From the NCBI GenBank assembly GCA_048938025.1, contig JBHLMP010000014.1, forward strand, positions 1 through 38,101: DNA of 38,101 nt. Direction: 5' to 3'. Both the position numbers and the translations under genes were made by a program. Positions 9,914 to 19,504 of the stretch are shown here, piece after piece. The DNA is from Promethearchaeota archaeon (GTDB lineage: Archaea > Asgardarchaeota > Lokiarchaeia > Sigyniarchaeales > SOKP01). The stretch's first letter is position 1. Each line of letters opens with the position of its first letter. Below the pieces are notes generated by a model, which saw only the letters and a list, made by a program, of their open reading frames with translations, was not told the origin of the DNA and did no database searches.

Positions 9914-10168
9914 ATGTCTAATGAAGTAGAATCATATGATGACTTGAAATATCTCTTAGGGTATATGGGGATTGAGATATTACTCGCCATTGATAAAGGA
10001 GCAAAGAATTATGAAACAATTAAATTGTTTTCTGGTTTGCCAATTTCATGTATTAAAGGGAGAATACCAGTTTTACGTGATTTAAAATTGATTAAGAAGA
10101 TTAAAGGAGAACATTTTTTAACGGAAAAAGGAATTAAGTTCAGGAGAGCAATAGAGAAGGGTTTTTAA
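9914..10168 (+). CDS. Small winged-helix DNA-binding protein
   Basis: 84 aa with an HTH-like segment followed by the wing motif LIKK...FLTEKG. Confidence 0.75.
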   Translation: MSNEVESYDDLKYLLGYMGIEILLAIDKGAKNYETIKLFSGLPISCIKGRIPVLRDLKLIKKIKGEHFLTEKGIKFRRAIEKGF

Positions 10169-10202
10169 ACGAAATAATTAGAAATTTTCACTAAATAATA
10201 GA

Positions 10203-10279
10203 GAAAAAATCAGATTGGGGCGACAAGAATCATCACTATGAGCAGTAGTTCTATTTGTCATGAGATCATCATTTTTCTT
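10203..10279 (-). ncRNA. Box C/D guide sRNA (D guide predicted to direct 23S Gm2251, E. coli numbering)
   Basis: Minus strand: C box ATGATGA (10272-10266), putative D' TAGA (10253-10250), C' GTGATGA (10236-10230), D box CTGA (10213-10210), with A-rich/T-rich terminal stem. The D guide TGTCGCCCCA complements the P-loop UGGGGCGGCA. Confidence 0.8.
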
Positions 10280-10327
10280 CTCATAATATGAGATTAATGT
10301 TATAATTCCAATAGTTCTAAACATAAT

Positions 10328-10834
10328 TTATTTTTTTTTAGTTTTGCTTCTCTCTGTAATTCTTTCTTTTTCACTATTTCTCTGTTGGATAAAATTTCTA
10401 AATTTTCTTTCATAATACCCAGATTCTTTGAAACCTCCATGCTCTTCGATTAACTTTTTTAAACCCTCTTTTTGTAATATTTGGTTTTTAAATAATTTAT
10501 ATTCTTCTTTAGGTATTTCTTTTCTTCTTAATAGATAATCTAAGATCTCAATAGCCTCCTCATCATTAGTACATCTTCTTATAAAATCAATGGCTTTTGG
10601 GTTATACAATTCTTCTGGATAATAGTTATTTGACTTTTGGATTAATTCTTCAAATTCTTGTTCAATCTTAAAGTTTACTGAATCAATTTTTAGCGACTTT
10701 TTACTTTCAGAGACTTCTGAGATTAAATGTGGAAGATATTCATCTAATTCAATTTTATCATATGATATTTTTAATCCATTATTATCCTTTATTCTTGCTT
10801 TTTTAAATGGTTTCTTTTTTTCTTTATCTGACAA
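10328..10834 (-). CDS. DUF2095-family archaeal protein
   Basis: PKAIDFIRRCTNDEEAIEILDYL...GYYE motif; TTG start with AGGT upstream. Confidence 0.8.
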   Translation of the reverse strand: MSDKEKKKPFKKARIKDNNGLKISYDKIELDEYLPHLISEVSESKKSLKIDSVNFKIEQEFEELIQKSNNYYPEELYNPKAIDFIRRCTNDEEAIEILDYLLRRKEIPKEEYKLFKNQILQKEGLKKLIEEHGGFKESGYYERKFRNFIQQRNSEKERITERSKTKKK

Positions 10835-11031
10835 TTACCTTCTACTGATATATAATTCTTCGAATATATATGTTTAAAATAATTTATTTAAACTATTAAA
10901 TTTATTTTTAGCAGGATTAAACAGAAAGACTAATCACTGATAGCGTAAATTTCAAAAAATTATAGAAATGATAAAGTTAATTAATTTTTATAAATTTTAA
11001 AAGTTAAAATATACCAAGAGTGGTTTGAACG

Positions 11032-11616
11032 TTGAAGTCTGGATACAACTATATAAAAGAGACTTTCGAGGAACATGAAAAAGAATATAAAACACCATAC
11101 TGGAATCGTGGAATTGAATATCGAAAGGGTAAGTCAACTCAAAGAGTAGAAAAGCCTACTAAAATTCATCGTGCAAGAACATTAGGCTATAAAGCGAAAC
11201 AAGGATATATAGTTGTTCGAGCTAGAATACGAAAAGGAGGAATGCATAAAATACGTCCAAAGCGAGGAAGAAAACCGAGAGCGATGGGTGTTTCAAAGTA
11301 TACTACTGGTAAAAATTTGCAATGGGTTGCTGAAGAACGTGTACAACGTAAATACCCTAATATGGAAGTTTTAAATAGTTACAAAGTTTACTCTGATGGA
11401 GGACACTGGTATTATGAAGTGATTTTAGTGGATCCACACCACCCTGTAATCAAATCAGATCCAAAAATAAATTGGATTTGTACTTCCGCTCAAAAAAAAA
11501 GAGTGACACGAGGTTTAACTTCTTCAGGAAAAAGAGCTAGAGGGTTGCATAAAAAAGGATGGGGTTCTGAAAAAACACGACCTAGTATAGGAGCAAATAA
11601 AGGCCGTGGTAAATAA
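11032..11616 (+). CDS. rpl15e: 50S ribosomal protein L15e (eL15)
   Basis: RARTLGYKAKQGYIVVRARIR, AEERVQRKYPNMEVLNSY, YYEVILVDP, RGLTSSG. Confidence 0.98.
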   Translation: MKSGYNYIKETFEEHEKEYKTPYWNRGIEYRKGKSTQRVEKPTKIHRARTLGYKAKQGYIVVRARIRKGGMHKIRPKRGRKPRAMGVSKYTTGKNLQWVAEERVQRKYPNMEVLNSYKVYSDGGHWYYEVILVDPHHPVIKSDPKINWICTSAQKKRVTRGLTSSGKRARGLHKKGWGSEKTRPSIGANKGRGK

Positions 11617-11638
11617 CCAGATTATATGGTTTTATTTT

Positions 11639-12433
11639 CTATAATGAATTTACTGAAATAGTCATCCCACCATCTAATATGATATTATGGCCAGTTATAT
11701 AATCTGAAGCAGGTGAAGCTAAAAATAAAGCGACATCAGCAACTTGTTTTGATTCTCCGATTCTATCTAATGGAAGTTTAACATTTCTTTTTCTCATAAA
11801 TTCTCGTATAAATTCAGGATTATTATTGTACAGGGGTGTTAAAAATAAACCTGGACAAATTGCATTCACTGTAATATTACTAGATCCGAGTTCTAGAGCC
11901 CAAAGCTTTGTGAAGGCAATTAGGGCTGCTTTACTTACACTATATATCCCTATATATGGATTAACGCCGCATTCTGTACCTGCACACGATGCTATATTAA
12001 TAATTTTTCCTGCTATAGGTTTGAAATCTTGCTTACTGATTTTTCTATAAAATGCTTTTGTAACATTCCAAGCACCTTTAACGTTTACATCCATGACTTT
12101 ATTATAAACATCTTCTTTTGTAACAAGTGAAAATGTACCCTCTCTAACGCCTGCATTATTAACTAATATAAACAAATTATCAAACTTTTCGAAAACTTTT
12201 TTTCTCATTTCTTTAACTTGATTAAAATCAGAGATATCTGTTTTAGCTAGTAAAATTTCCACATTATAAGTTTTTAAGATGATTTCTCGTGTTTCTTCAA
12301 TACTATCAAGGTTTATATCATTTAATACTAAATTGGCACCTTTACTTGCAAATGCTAGTGCCATTTCCCGACCAAATCCACTACCAGCCCCAGTAACCAG
12401 AGTTACTCTTCCTTCTAAAAATTTTTCACTCAT
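11639..12433 (-). CDS. Short-chain dehydrogenase/reductase (FabG-like)
   Basis: TGAGSGFG, NNAG, YSVSK motifs. ATG 12433 is preferred over GTG 12442 because GAGGTG lies 8 nt upstream of it. Confidence 0.93.
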   Translation of the reverse strand: MSEKFLEGRVTLVTGAGSGFGREMALAFASKGANLVLNDINLDSIEETREIILKTYNVEILLAKTDISDFNQVKEMRKKVFEKFDNLFILVNNAGVREGTFSLVTKEDVYNKVMDVNVKGAWNVTKAFYRKISKQDFKPIAGKIINIASCAGTECGVNPYIGIYSVSKAALIAFTKLWALELGSSNITVNAICPGLFLTPLYNNNPEFIREFMRKRNVKLPLDRIGESKQVADVALFLASPASDYITGHNIILDGGMTISVNSL

Positions 12434-12445
12434 AATTCTCACACC

Positions 12446-14182
12446 TCATTTTCCAAACAGACCTTTATTCTTCTTATAGAGACCAAGGAACTTCATTGCA
12501 GGGGGTGATTCAAAAGCAATGCTAACATCGATAACTGCTGGCTTTTTTGAATGCATTGCTCTTTTTATTGCCGGTTTTATATCTTCTGGATTTTCTATTT
12601 TTTCTCCATAACAGCCAAAGCTTTTAGCAATCTCGGCATAATTAATTGGTGGAAAATCAACATCACAATATCGTTTATTTAAATTATTTTTTTGGTTAGT
12701 TTTGATCATTCCCCAAGCGCAATTATTCCCTATAATTATTATAATTGGCAAATTCAACCTAACTGCAGTTTCCAATTCCTGAACGTTGAACAAAAAGCTA
12801 CCATCTCCAGTTATACATACTACAAGCTTATCTGGTTTTGCCATTTGAACACCAATAGCATAAGGTATTCCTGTACCTAAATGACCCATTGACACAGAAC
12901 GGAAAAAACTTCTTGGAGGACGATTTTTATGGTTGATTTGATCCATTGTGAATACGAATATATCACCACCATCAATTACTATCTGAGTATCAGGAGGGAT
13001 ATAATCTAAAACTTCATATACAAATCTTTGAGGTTTCATAGGTAATTTTTCTGATTTTAGCATTTTCTGAATTTGTAAATCATCAATTTTTCTGATCTCT
13101 TGCAAATAGTCATTCCATTCAGACCATTCCGTAATTTTTTCTTTAGGAAGCCTTTCTTCCATCTCTTTCAATAGCTGTTGGATAACAACCTTAGCATCTC
13201 CTATGATACTTACTTCAACGGGTCTATTTTTACCTATTTCTTTAGAATCAATATCAACCTGAATAATTTTTTGATCTTGATTCCAAAATGGTGAAGCACC
13301 ATAAAGTAATGGGTAACCCCATCTACAACCAAGAGATAAAACAACATCTGCTTCAGAAGCAGCCCTTCTATAAGCGCTAGCGGTCAGTTTAGAACCAATA
13401 AAAGTTTTTTTATCTTTTCCAATTGTACCTACACCATTAAAAGATGTTGCTGTGGGTATCATATAAGTTTGAGACAGTTTATGTAAGTCATTATAACCTT
13501 CTGAAGCATTCACTCCGCCTCCTGCTATGATTATTGGCTTTTTTGCAGCCTTTAAAACATCAGTTGCTTTTTTGATAACCTCTGGATTACCAGCAGGTCT
13601 AATAAAAGCTCGATATTTTTCAGGTTTTAGAATTTTCTTGAAATCCTCTTCTTTAGCTTCCCTAACTAAAGCGGTTTCTCTTAGTTCAAGATAAACTGGT
13701 CCTCTTCTTCCTGATATAGCTGCCTTCATACTCCTTTGTACTGCAAATGGTATCTCGTAAGGTTCTTCAACAGATATTTGCAATTTTGTAATTGGTTTCA
13801 TTAAACTCATCTGATCTAATCCCCCTTGTAAAATTCCAGTATCATCAAACATTCGTGCGATCTGAGAACCAATAACTAGCATTGGGATTGAATCTGCATT
13901 TGCAGCAGCAACTGCAGGTATTAGATGTGAAACCCCAGGTCCTGCGGTACCAAGACATACACCAACTTCTCCTGTTGCCCTTGCCCAAGCATCAGCCATA
14001 TGTCCTCCCGCCTGTTCATGTCGAACCATGACTGTATCAATTCCCTCTTCACGGGCCCATCTCTCAACCGCGTCATAAATTCGTAATAATTCTCCACCAA
14101 CAAGGCCAAACATTTTTGTAATACCTTCATTTAAAAGGCAAGTCACAAGCAGATCCCCGCCATCTTTAACTTGTTTTGACAT
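12446..14182 (-). CDS. Thiamine-diphosphate enzyme of the acetolactate synthase / 2-hydroxyacyl-CoA lyase family
   Basis: RHEQAGGHMADAWAR, TAGPG, RRGPVYLE and the ThDP motif GDGSF...NN. Confidence 0.92.
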   Translation of the reverse strand: MSKQVKDGGDLLVTCLLNEGITKMFGLVGGELLRIYDAVERWAREEGIDTVMVRHEQAGGHMADAWARATGEVGVCLGTAGPGVSHLIPAVAAANADSIPMLVIGSQIARMFDDTGILQGGLDQMSLMKPITKLQISVEEPYEIPFAVQRSMKAAISGRRGPVYLELRETALVREAKEEDFKKILKPEKYRAFIRPAGNPEVIKKATDVLKAAKKPIIIAGGGVNASEGYNDLHKLSQTYMIPTATSFNGVGTIGKDKKTFIGSKLTASAYRRAASEADVVLSLGCRWGYPLLYGASPFWNQDQKIIQVDIDSKEIGKNRPVEVSIIGDAKVVIQQLLKEMEERLPKEKITEWSEWNDYLQEIRKIDDLQIQKMLKSEKLPMKPQRFVYEVLDYIPPDTQIVIDGGDIFVFTMDQINHKNRPPRSFFRSVSMGHLGTGIPYAIGVQMAKPDKLVVCITGDGSFLFNVQELETAVRLNLPIIIIIGNNCAWGMIKTNQKNNLNKRYCDVDFPPINYAEIAKSFGCYGEKIENPEDIKPAIKRAMHSKKPAVIDVSIAFESPPAMKFLGLYKKNKGLFGK

Positions 14183-14247
14183 ATAAAGGAGTATTAAAAA
14201 TGAAAATTAAATTTTTTTAAAAAAAGGATTTTTACATTTGTTTCTAA

Positions 14248-14691
14248 TTAAAAAGAAATCAATTCTAAATAAAATCCAAGCTCTTTTTTAGTATTTAAGT
14301 AATCAAATCTTAACTTCCCAACTGTTCCTGATTGGATTACCTCTATATTATATACTTTTTTAAAATGATCAATTAATTCATCAGCATTTTTAGTATATAC
14401 TCCTAAGTGGTGCAAACCTATGTTCCCTTCTCTAAGAAACTCTAGATATAAATGATCCCCTGTAGATTCTAACAGTTCAACAATTTCAAATTGTTTACCA
14501 CTGAAATTTTGCATTATTTTTCTCATTTTATAAGATACTTTTTTTCCTTTATAAACTACTTCTGATTTTTGTTCAACTATATCTATTTTAGATTTAAAAT
14601 CTAAAAGTCTTCCAAGTATACCTGCTGCAGATTCAATATTTTTTACAATAATTCCAATTTGATCAAATTTTTCTAGTTTTAAATTTTCCAT
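14248..14691 (-). CDS. VOC-family protein (methylmalonyl-CoA epimerase/glyoxalase-like)
   Basis: DQIGIIV, FEIVE, GLHHLG, LELI motifs. Confidence 0.85.
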   Translation of the reverse strand: MENLKLEKFDQIGIIVKNIESAAGILGRLLDFKSKIDIVEQKSEVVYKGKKVSYKMRKIMQNFSGKQFEIVELLESTGDHLYLEFLREGNIGLHHLGVYTKNADELIDHFKKVYNIEVIQSGTVGKLRFDYLNTKKELGFYLELISF

Positions 14692-14714
14692 TTTAATCTT
14701 TTCTTTTTTACTGT

Positions 14715-16004
14715 TTAAAAAACTTTTGGATTAAATTCAAGTTTAGCTGTTGGTTCTTTCAATTCAAATTCTCCATTAAGAATCATATTTTTAAGTTGAG
14801 TTGCTAATTTTATAGCACCATATCTATCTGATTGTCTTAGAACAACAGGGATCTCTTCTCCCTCAAACTTTATTGATTTTAGATCAGCATTAAAAGCCTT
14901 TTTTGAACATGCTATAAAGCAAGCACCACAATTAAAACATTTAGTTCGATCTATTCCTGTTTTTAAATCAAACGCATCTGTAGGACACATATGTTCTACT
15001 GGACAATCATCACAATCCACGCATTTCTTTGGATCGAAAGTTACGAGAAAATTATTTTCCCAAACATCACCATACGATATCTGTCCTAATTTATTTCTCC
15101 CAATAACATTTAAGATTGTTAATGGGACATCTTTTTCTGCTTTTATTAAATTATTCCAAATTTTTTCATTTAACACAGGAATTGGAACTGCAACACTACA
15201 GATGTTTTCTAATCCATATGATGTACGAAAGGCTCCCATATATTCTGGTTTCATTCCTTTAAAGTCTGCTATGGTTTGCATATTGGGTTTTAATCTATCA
15301 TTTCTAGTTCCTGGTCCAAATATATAACCAATAGATCCATTCACTAAAATTTTAGTTCCTACTCCATAAACAGCGGCTTCAGGGTCATTTTGGAAAGGAT
15401 TTAGAGCACCACATCCAGAAAATGTTATTTGAGATTTATTTCCTTCTAATGGTAAAACAGAAAAAATAGTGTTAATGGGATTAGGACTTGGATTTATCAT
15501 AGCAAAATAATTTTTTATCGCTTGACGAGTTCCCATCATTCGAGCGAATTGCATATCATCTAGTGTTATTTTTTTATCTATAATATCCCCTTCCTCACTT
15601 CTACCAATTACTTCTACTTCTTTTCCTTCAACAAGATCTCTAAAAAGCATACCTCCAGAGTAGTTTTTTTTAGTTTTGCTATGTGTTGTTCCATAAAGAA
15701 TGAGATCTACAATCCCTAGAAATTCATTAGGGCAAGGTCCCGGAAATGCAGCTATACCATTAAGTGATACTTCATCGAATTTCCTAATAGTCTTTGGAGG
15801 AGTTAATCTAAAAGAGAAAATTCCTGCTATACCGCTCATTAAAGCTTTTGTTGCTGTTGTAACAACATCTACATCCTCAAATTCTACTTTTTCTCCTTCA
15901 CTTATTTGATCTATTAAATCCTGTACAGTTATAACAGTTGCTATTCCATCTTTTATTTTTTTTTTGATTTCTGAGAGACTCCTTTTTTTAAGCAAAACAA
16001 ACAC
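14715..16004 (-). CDS. DUF39 / 'methanogenesis marker 16'-type metalloprotein with C-terminal 4Fe-4S ferredoxin domain
   Basis: DVDVVTTATKALMSG, GPCPNE, FSGCGALNPFQNDP, CxxCxxC...CP and CFNCGAC...C, RQSDR. Confidence 0.85.
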   Translation of the reverse strand: MFVLLKKRSLSEIKKKIKDGIATVITVQDLIDQISEGEKVEFEDVDVVTTATKALMSGIAGIFSFRLTPPKTIRKFDEVSLNGIAAFPGPCPNEFLGIVDLILYGTTHSKTKKNYSGGMLFRDLVEGKEVEVIGRSEEGDIIDKKITLDDMQFARMMGTRQAIKNYFAMINPSPNPINTIFSVLPLEGNKSQITFSGCGALNPFQNDPEAAVYGVGTKILVNGSIGYIFGPGTRNDRLKPNMQTIADFKGMKPEYMGAFRTSYGLENICSVAVPIPVLNEKIWNNLIKAEKDVPLTILNVIGRNKLGQISYGDVWENNFLVTFDPKKCVDCDDCPVEHMCPTDAFDLKTGIDRTKCFNCGACFIACSKKAFNADLKSIKFEGEEIPVVLRQSDRYGAIKLATQLKNMILNGEFELKEPTAKLEFNPKVF

Positions 16005-16132
16005 TTAAAATTTCAAAAAAAGATAGCATTTTTAATGTTTAATTATAATAAAATTTTTTTATTATATTTATGATTAGAAATCTTAAAGTAATTGATAAAT
16101 TTCTTAATGGATTTTAGAGGTTTTTTATTTTT

Positions 16133-16861
16133 TTGCCTTATTTCGAATCTAGATTAAAAATAAATATCAAAGATTTGGATGATATAGAAAGGAAATTGGA
16201 ATTTTGTGAGAAATTGGGCATCAGAAATCTAATTTTAGAGCCTGCAAATACTTTCAAACAGATATCATTTGAATTAAGAGAAAAAATAATTCATCTGACG
16301 AAATTAAATATTTACTTTCGATATAATTTAACCCCTAATAGTGTAAATGATTTCAAAAATGCTATAAAGACCTATAATAACTTTCCTTATATTCTTTCTG
16401 TTGAATCTAAAGATAAAGAAATTCAAATTAATGCTGCAAGAGATTCTAGAGTTGATATTGTGTCTTTTTCTGATGAAAATATACTGAAAACACTTAGTCA
16501 AGGAGTAATTTCATTAACCAAACAAAATGACTCTTTTATAGAATTTTCCTTAGCTCCGATTATGGTGAGAAATAAGGCTTTTCAATCGAAAAATTTCAGA
16601 TATTTATATAAATTTATACATTTAGCTTATAAATCGAAAGCAAATATTATTATAAGTGGAAATTTTGATGAATTATTTGATTTGAGACATCCTAGATCTC
16701 TTCTAAGTATTTGTCATTCACTCTTAGATATTCCTTTGAATAGTGCTAAAAAGATTTTTATGGATAATCCAAATTTACTCATAGAAAAAGTCCAAAATAG
16801 AACATATAATAATAGTATTGAATCGGGGATTAGATTAATTAAAGGAGGAGAATTGAAGTAG
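16133..16861 (+). CDS. rnp3: RNase P protein subunit p30 (Rpp30)
   Basis: AARDSRVDIV, IIISG...DLRHPR; directly upstream of Pop5 with a 1-nt overlap. Confidence 0.88.
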   Translation: MPYFESRLKINIKDLDDIERKLEFCEKLGIRNLILEPANTFKQISFELREKIIHLTKLNIYFRYNLTPNSVNDFKNAIKTYNNFPYILSVESKDKEIQINAARDSRVDIVSFSDENILKTLSQGVISLTKQNDSFIEFSLAPIMVRNKAFQSKNFRYLYKFIHLAYKSKANIIISGNFDELFDLRHPRSLLSICHSLLDIPLNSAKKIFMDNPNLLIEKVQNRTYNNSIESGIRLIKGGELK

Positions 16862-17208
16862 TGAAGAGAGAAAGACAAAGATATATTTTATTCAAAATAA
16901 TAAGAGAGCCAGATGTAAGATTTGAACAAAAAGAAGTCATAAATTCAATTTGGCAATCAATTTGGAGGTATTTTGGTATGAAAATTGCTAATAAAATTGG
17001 ATTATGGATAATTAACCTTAATTTCGAAAAAGAATATGGGATAATTAGATGTTCTCATCAAACTAAATATATTATAATTTCAGCTTTAAGCCTTGTACAA
17101 CAAATTAATGGAAAGAGGGTAATACTATCTCCTTTAAAAACCTCCGGAACAATAAGATCAATAATTAGAATAAAAAATTTAATGATGAATAAAAATAAAA
17201 GAACTTAG
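16861..17208 (+). CDS. rnp2: RNase P protein subunit Pop5/Rpp14
   Basis: RERQRYILF, GIIRC, TSGTIR. Confidence 0.93.
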   Translation: MKRERQRYILFKIIREPDVRFEQKEVINSIWQSIWRYFGMKIANKIGLWIINLNFEKEYGIIRCSHQTKYIIISALSLVQQINGKRVILSPLKTSGTIRSIIRIKNLMMNKNKRT

Positions 17209-17232
17209 GGATATTTTTGTAAAATTAAGATT

Positions 17233-17673
17233 ATGAATGAGAAAAATTTAACAACTGCCTATATTAAGCAGATTAAAGAGAGACCAGAAGTTTCTATAAA
17301 AATACCATTAGTAGATATTAAAAATAGTGATAATTTCCCCTTTCTATTGGTAATTCAATCAAAATTTGAAAATTCTATGAAATTAACAATCTATCCTATA
17401 AATAAGAAGAAAATTATAAAATTAAATTTAAGTGGTTTAAATATACCTAATGAGATTTTTGAAGAACTAACAAAAATTCTTCAAAATTTCCAAATTATTC
17501 ATACATCCGGTTTTTTATTAAAAGAAGGAAAACTATTATATGAGTGTTATTTAAACATAAATTTTTCTGAAAATAAAAGTGAAGATTTAAAAACAGCTTT
17601 AGATAAAATTAAAAATATATTTAAAGAAATAAAGTTACAAGAAATTAGTTTAAAAACAACCAATAAAACTTAA
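17233..17673 (+). CDS. Hypothetical protein (possible ACT-like C-terminal fold)
   Basis: 146-aa ORF co-oriented with rnp2; IIHTSG...YECY pattern. Confidence 0.6.
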   Translation: MNEKNLTTAYIKQIKERPEVSIKIPLVDIKNSDNFPFLLVIQSKFENSMKLTIYPINKKKIIKLNLSGLNIPNEIFEELTKILQNFQIIHTSGFLLKEGKLLYECYLNINFSENKSEDLKTALDKIKNIFKEIKLQEISLKTTNKT

Positions 17674-17675
17674 TT

Positions 17676-18125
17676 ATGAATCTATGGAAAGTTTTATTAA
17701 AATTCTCTGATGGGACAAATAGAGATATCGAATTATTTGATGCCAAAACCTATTTTAGTGGATATTTAAAAATAAAAAGAAGCTATTTTAACACTCTAGC
17801 TAAAACAATTAAAATAACTAGAAATTATTTTACTGGAAGAGCAATAGAGAAAGTATTAGGCCCCAATAATGACGATTGGACGTATAATCCATGGATGCTT
17901 CTTTTGGTTAAAGAAAATGAAAAGAAAAAACCATTTTGGCTCTTTATAAAAAGAGAAAAAGATTTATCTGGGATTTTAGTAGCCATTGGACCTGAGTCAT
18001 TTGCTAACTATAATAGTAATATCGCATCAGAAGCTAGACGAGAAATAAAACGTTTAATAAACTATATTGTGACCTACTTAAAGAAGTTTAAATGTATAAT
18101 CCTGCTTCCAAATCATTTAATTTAA
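17676..18125 (+). CDS. Hypothetical protein
   Basis: 149-aa ORF starting 2 nt after the previous stop. Confidence 0.7.
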   Translation: MNLWKVLLKFSDGTNRDIELFDAKTYFSGYLKIKRSYFNTLAKTIKITRNYFTGRAIEKVLGPNNDDWTYNPWMLLLVKENEKKKPFWLFIKREKDLSGILVAIGPESFANYNSNIASEARREIKRLINYIVTYLKKFKCIILLPNHLI

Positions 18126-18273
18126 ATTTAATTTTAAAATAGCAAAAGACATTTTTTTGACTCAATATTTTTTTTTTGAAGAAAACAAAGAAAAAGTATT
18201 AAATTAAATTTTCAATTTTAATATTTAATTAAAAGGATGCTGAATTAAATTATAATTACGTGGCAATAATATC

Positions 18274-19071
18274 TTGAGGAAACTAAGTCTTAAAATTCTA
18301 TTATCTTTAATTATTATCAACATAATTTTCATTTCAGTCCTTTTCACAGTACCATCTCATGGTGCTTTAGAAGAAATTGATCCTAATTTTGGCAAAGCTC
18401 CTACTATTGATGGGGAGATTGGTTCATTTGCCAACGAATGGGATGAAGCATATAAAATTCAAACAAACTTAACTGATTTGCCAATTAATTTATGGGTAAT
18501 GCAAAGCAGTTCAAGATTATATATTTCAGTACAATTTGATTTAATTGTGGGGGTTCATAGCCCGTCTGAATTTGTGGGTATTCTAATTTCAAATAGTTCT
18601 TCTGAAGATAGAGAAGATTTTATTGATGCAAAAATCATTCAATTTTCTAATATAACAGAGGATGAATTCGACTATTTTGATTATTTTATAAATCAGAGTG
18701 TTTTTATTCCTGATTCTGCATCAAATGGTAATGGAGCTGCGAAATTGGAAGGTGAAACTTCTACTTATGAATTTTCTATTCCAATAAATAATCCTCAAGT
18801 AATAATTGATGAAGATGTCTATTTGGAGTACGATGAGCCTTTCGCTTTTAATATAACATATGGAGAAACTCCTAGTTATCCTCAAGGAATCAAGAAAAGT
18901 AGTATTTTTTTGATTAATATACAACACCCTCCCAAAAGTGAATTACCTATTTTAAAACTCACAATTTTTATTTTTACTATAGTAATTTTCAGTCTTGCTG
19001 TAATAATATATGGATTTTATATTTATAGAATTATAAAACTAAAGGAAATTATGGAAAGGTATCGCCGATAA
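18274..19071 (+). CDS. Secreted, C-terminally membrane-anchored DOMON/CBM9-like protein
   Basis: N-terminal signal peptide, APTIDG...EW and YEFSIP motifs, C-terminal TM helix with basic tail. Confidence 0.7.
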   Translation: MRKLSLKILLSLIIINIIFISVLFTVPSHGALEEIDPNFGKAPTIDGEIGSFANEWDEAYKIQTNLTDLPINLWVMQSSSRLYISVQFDLIVGVHSPSEFVGILISNSSSEDREDFIDAKIIQFSNITEDEFDYFDYFINQSVFIPDSASNGNGAAKLEGETSTYEFSIPINNPQVIIDEDVYLEYDEPFAFNITYGETPSYPQGIKKSSIFLINIQHPPKSELPILKLTIFIFTIVIFSLAVIIYGFYIYRIIKLKEIMERYRR

Positions 19072-19072
19072 A

Positions 19073-19480
19073 ATGTCAAAATCCCCTAGTAAAAAGGCAA
19101 ATTCGAAAGTTAAACAAGCTTTTAACGAGAAATTCGCTTATAGATCTGTGATTATTTCAGTTATTTTTGGAGGGATATTTTTGACTATATCAATTTTCTT
19201 TAATATTGAGATCATTACTGTCTTTATGGATAAAAATGCATTTCTTGACATTTTAGATATATTGATCAAAACAAGTGTTATTTTATTATTTTTCTTCTTT
19301 ATGATGATTAGTATAGGAAATTATAAAGAAATAGTTGGGAAACCTATAAGCTGGAAAGAATTTCTGTTTTTAATAGTTTTATCGTTGGGTCAATCAATTC
19401 TAAATCTCTGGGTTTTTATATTTTCTGTTATTGGAATTATTATTATTTTAATTTATTTTTATTTAATCCAAGAGATTTAA
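19073..19480 (+). CDS. Hypothetical membrane protein (~4 TM)
   Basis: Hydrophobic segments; starts 1 nt after the upstream stop. Confidence 0.7.
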   Translation: MSKSPSKKANSKVKQAFNEKFAYRSVIISVIFGGIFLTISIFFNIEIITVFMDKNAFLDILDILIKTSVILLFFFFMMISIGNYKEIVGKPISWKEFLFLIVLSLGQSILNLWVFIFSVIGIIIILIYFYLIQEI

Positions 19481-19504
19481 AAGATTTAAGATAGTCTTAA
19501 AATA

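Noticed and set aside
10203-10279. SECIS interpretation of the ATGA-containing element
   Set aside because: Flanking genes have no in-frame TGA; complete C/C'/D boxes and rRNA complementarity explain it better.
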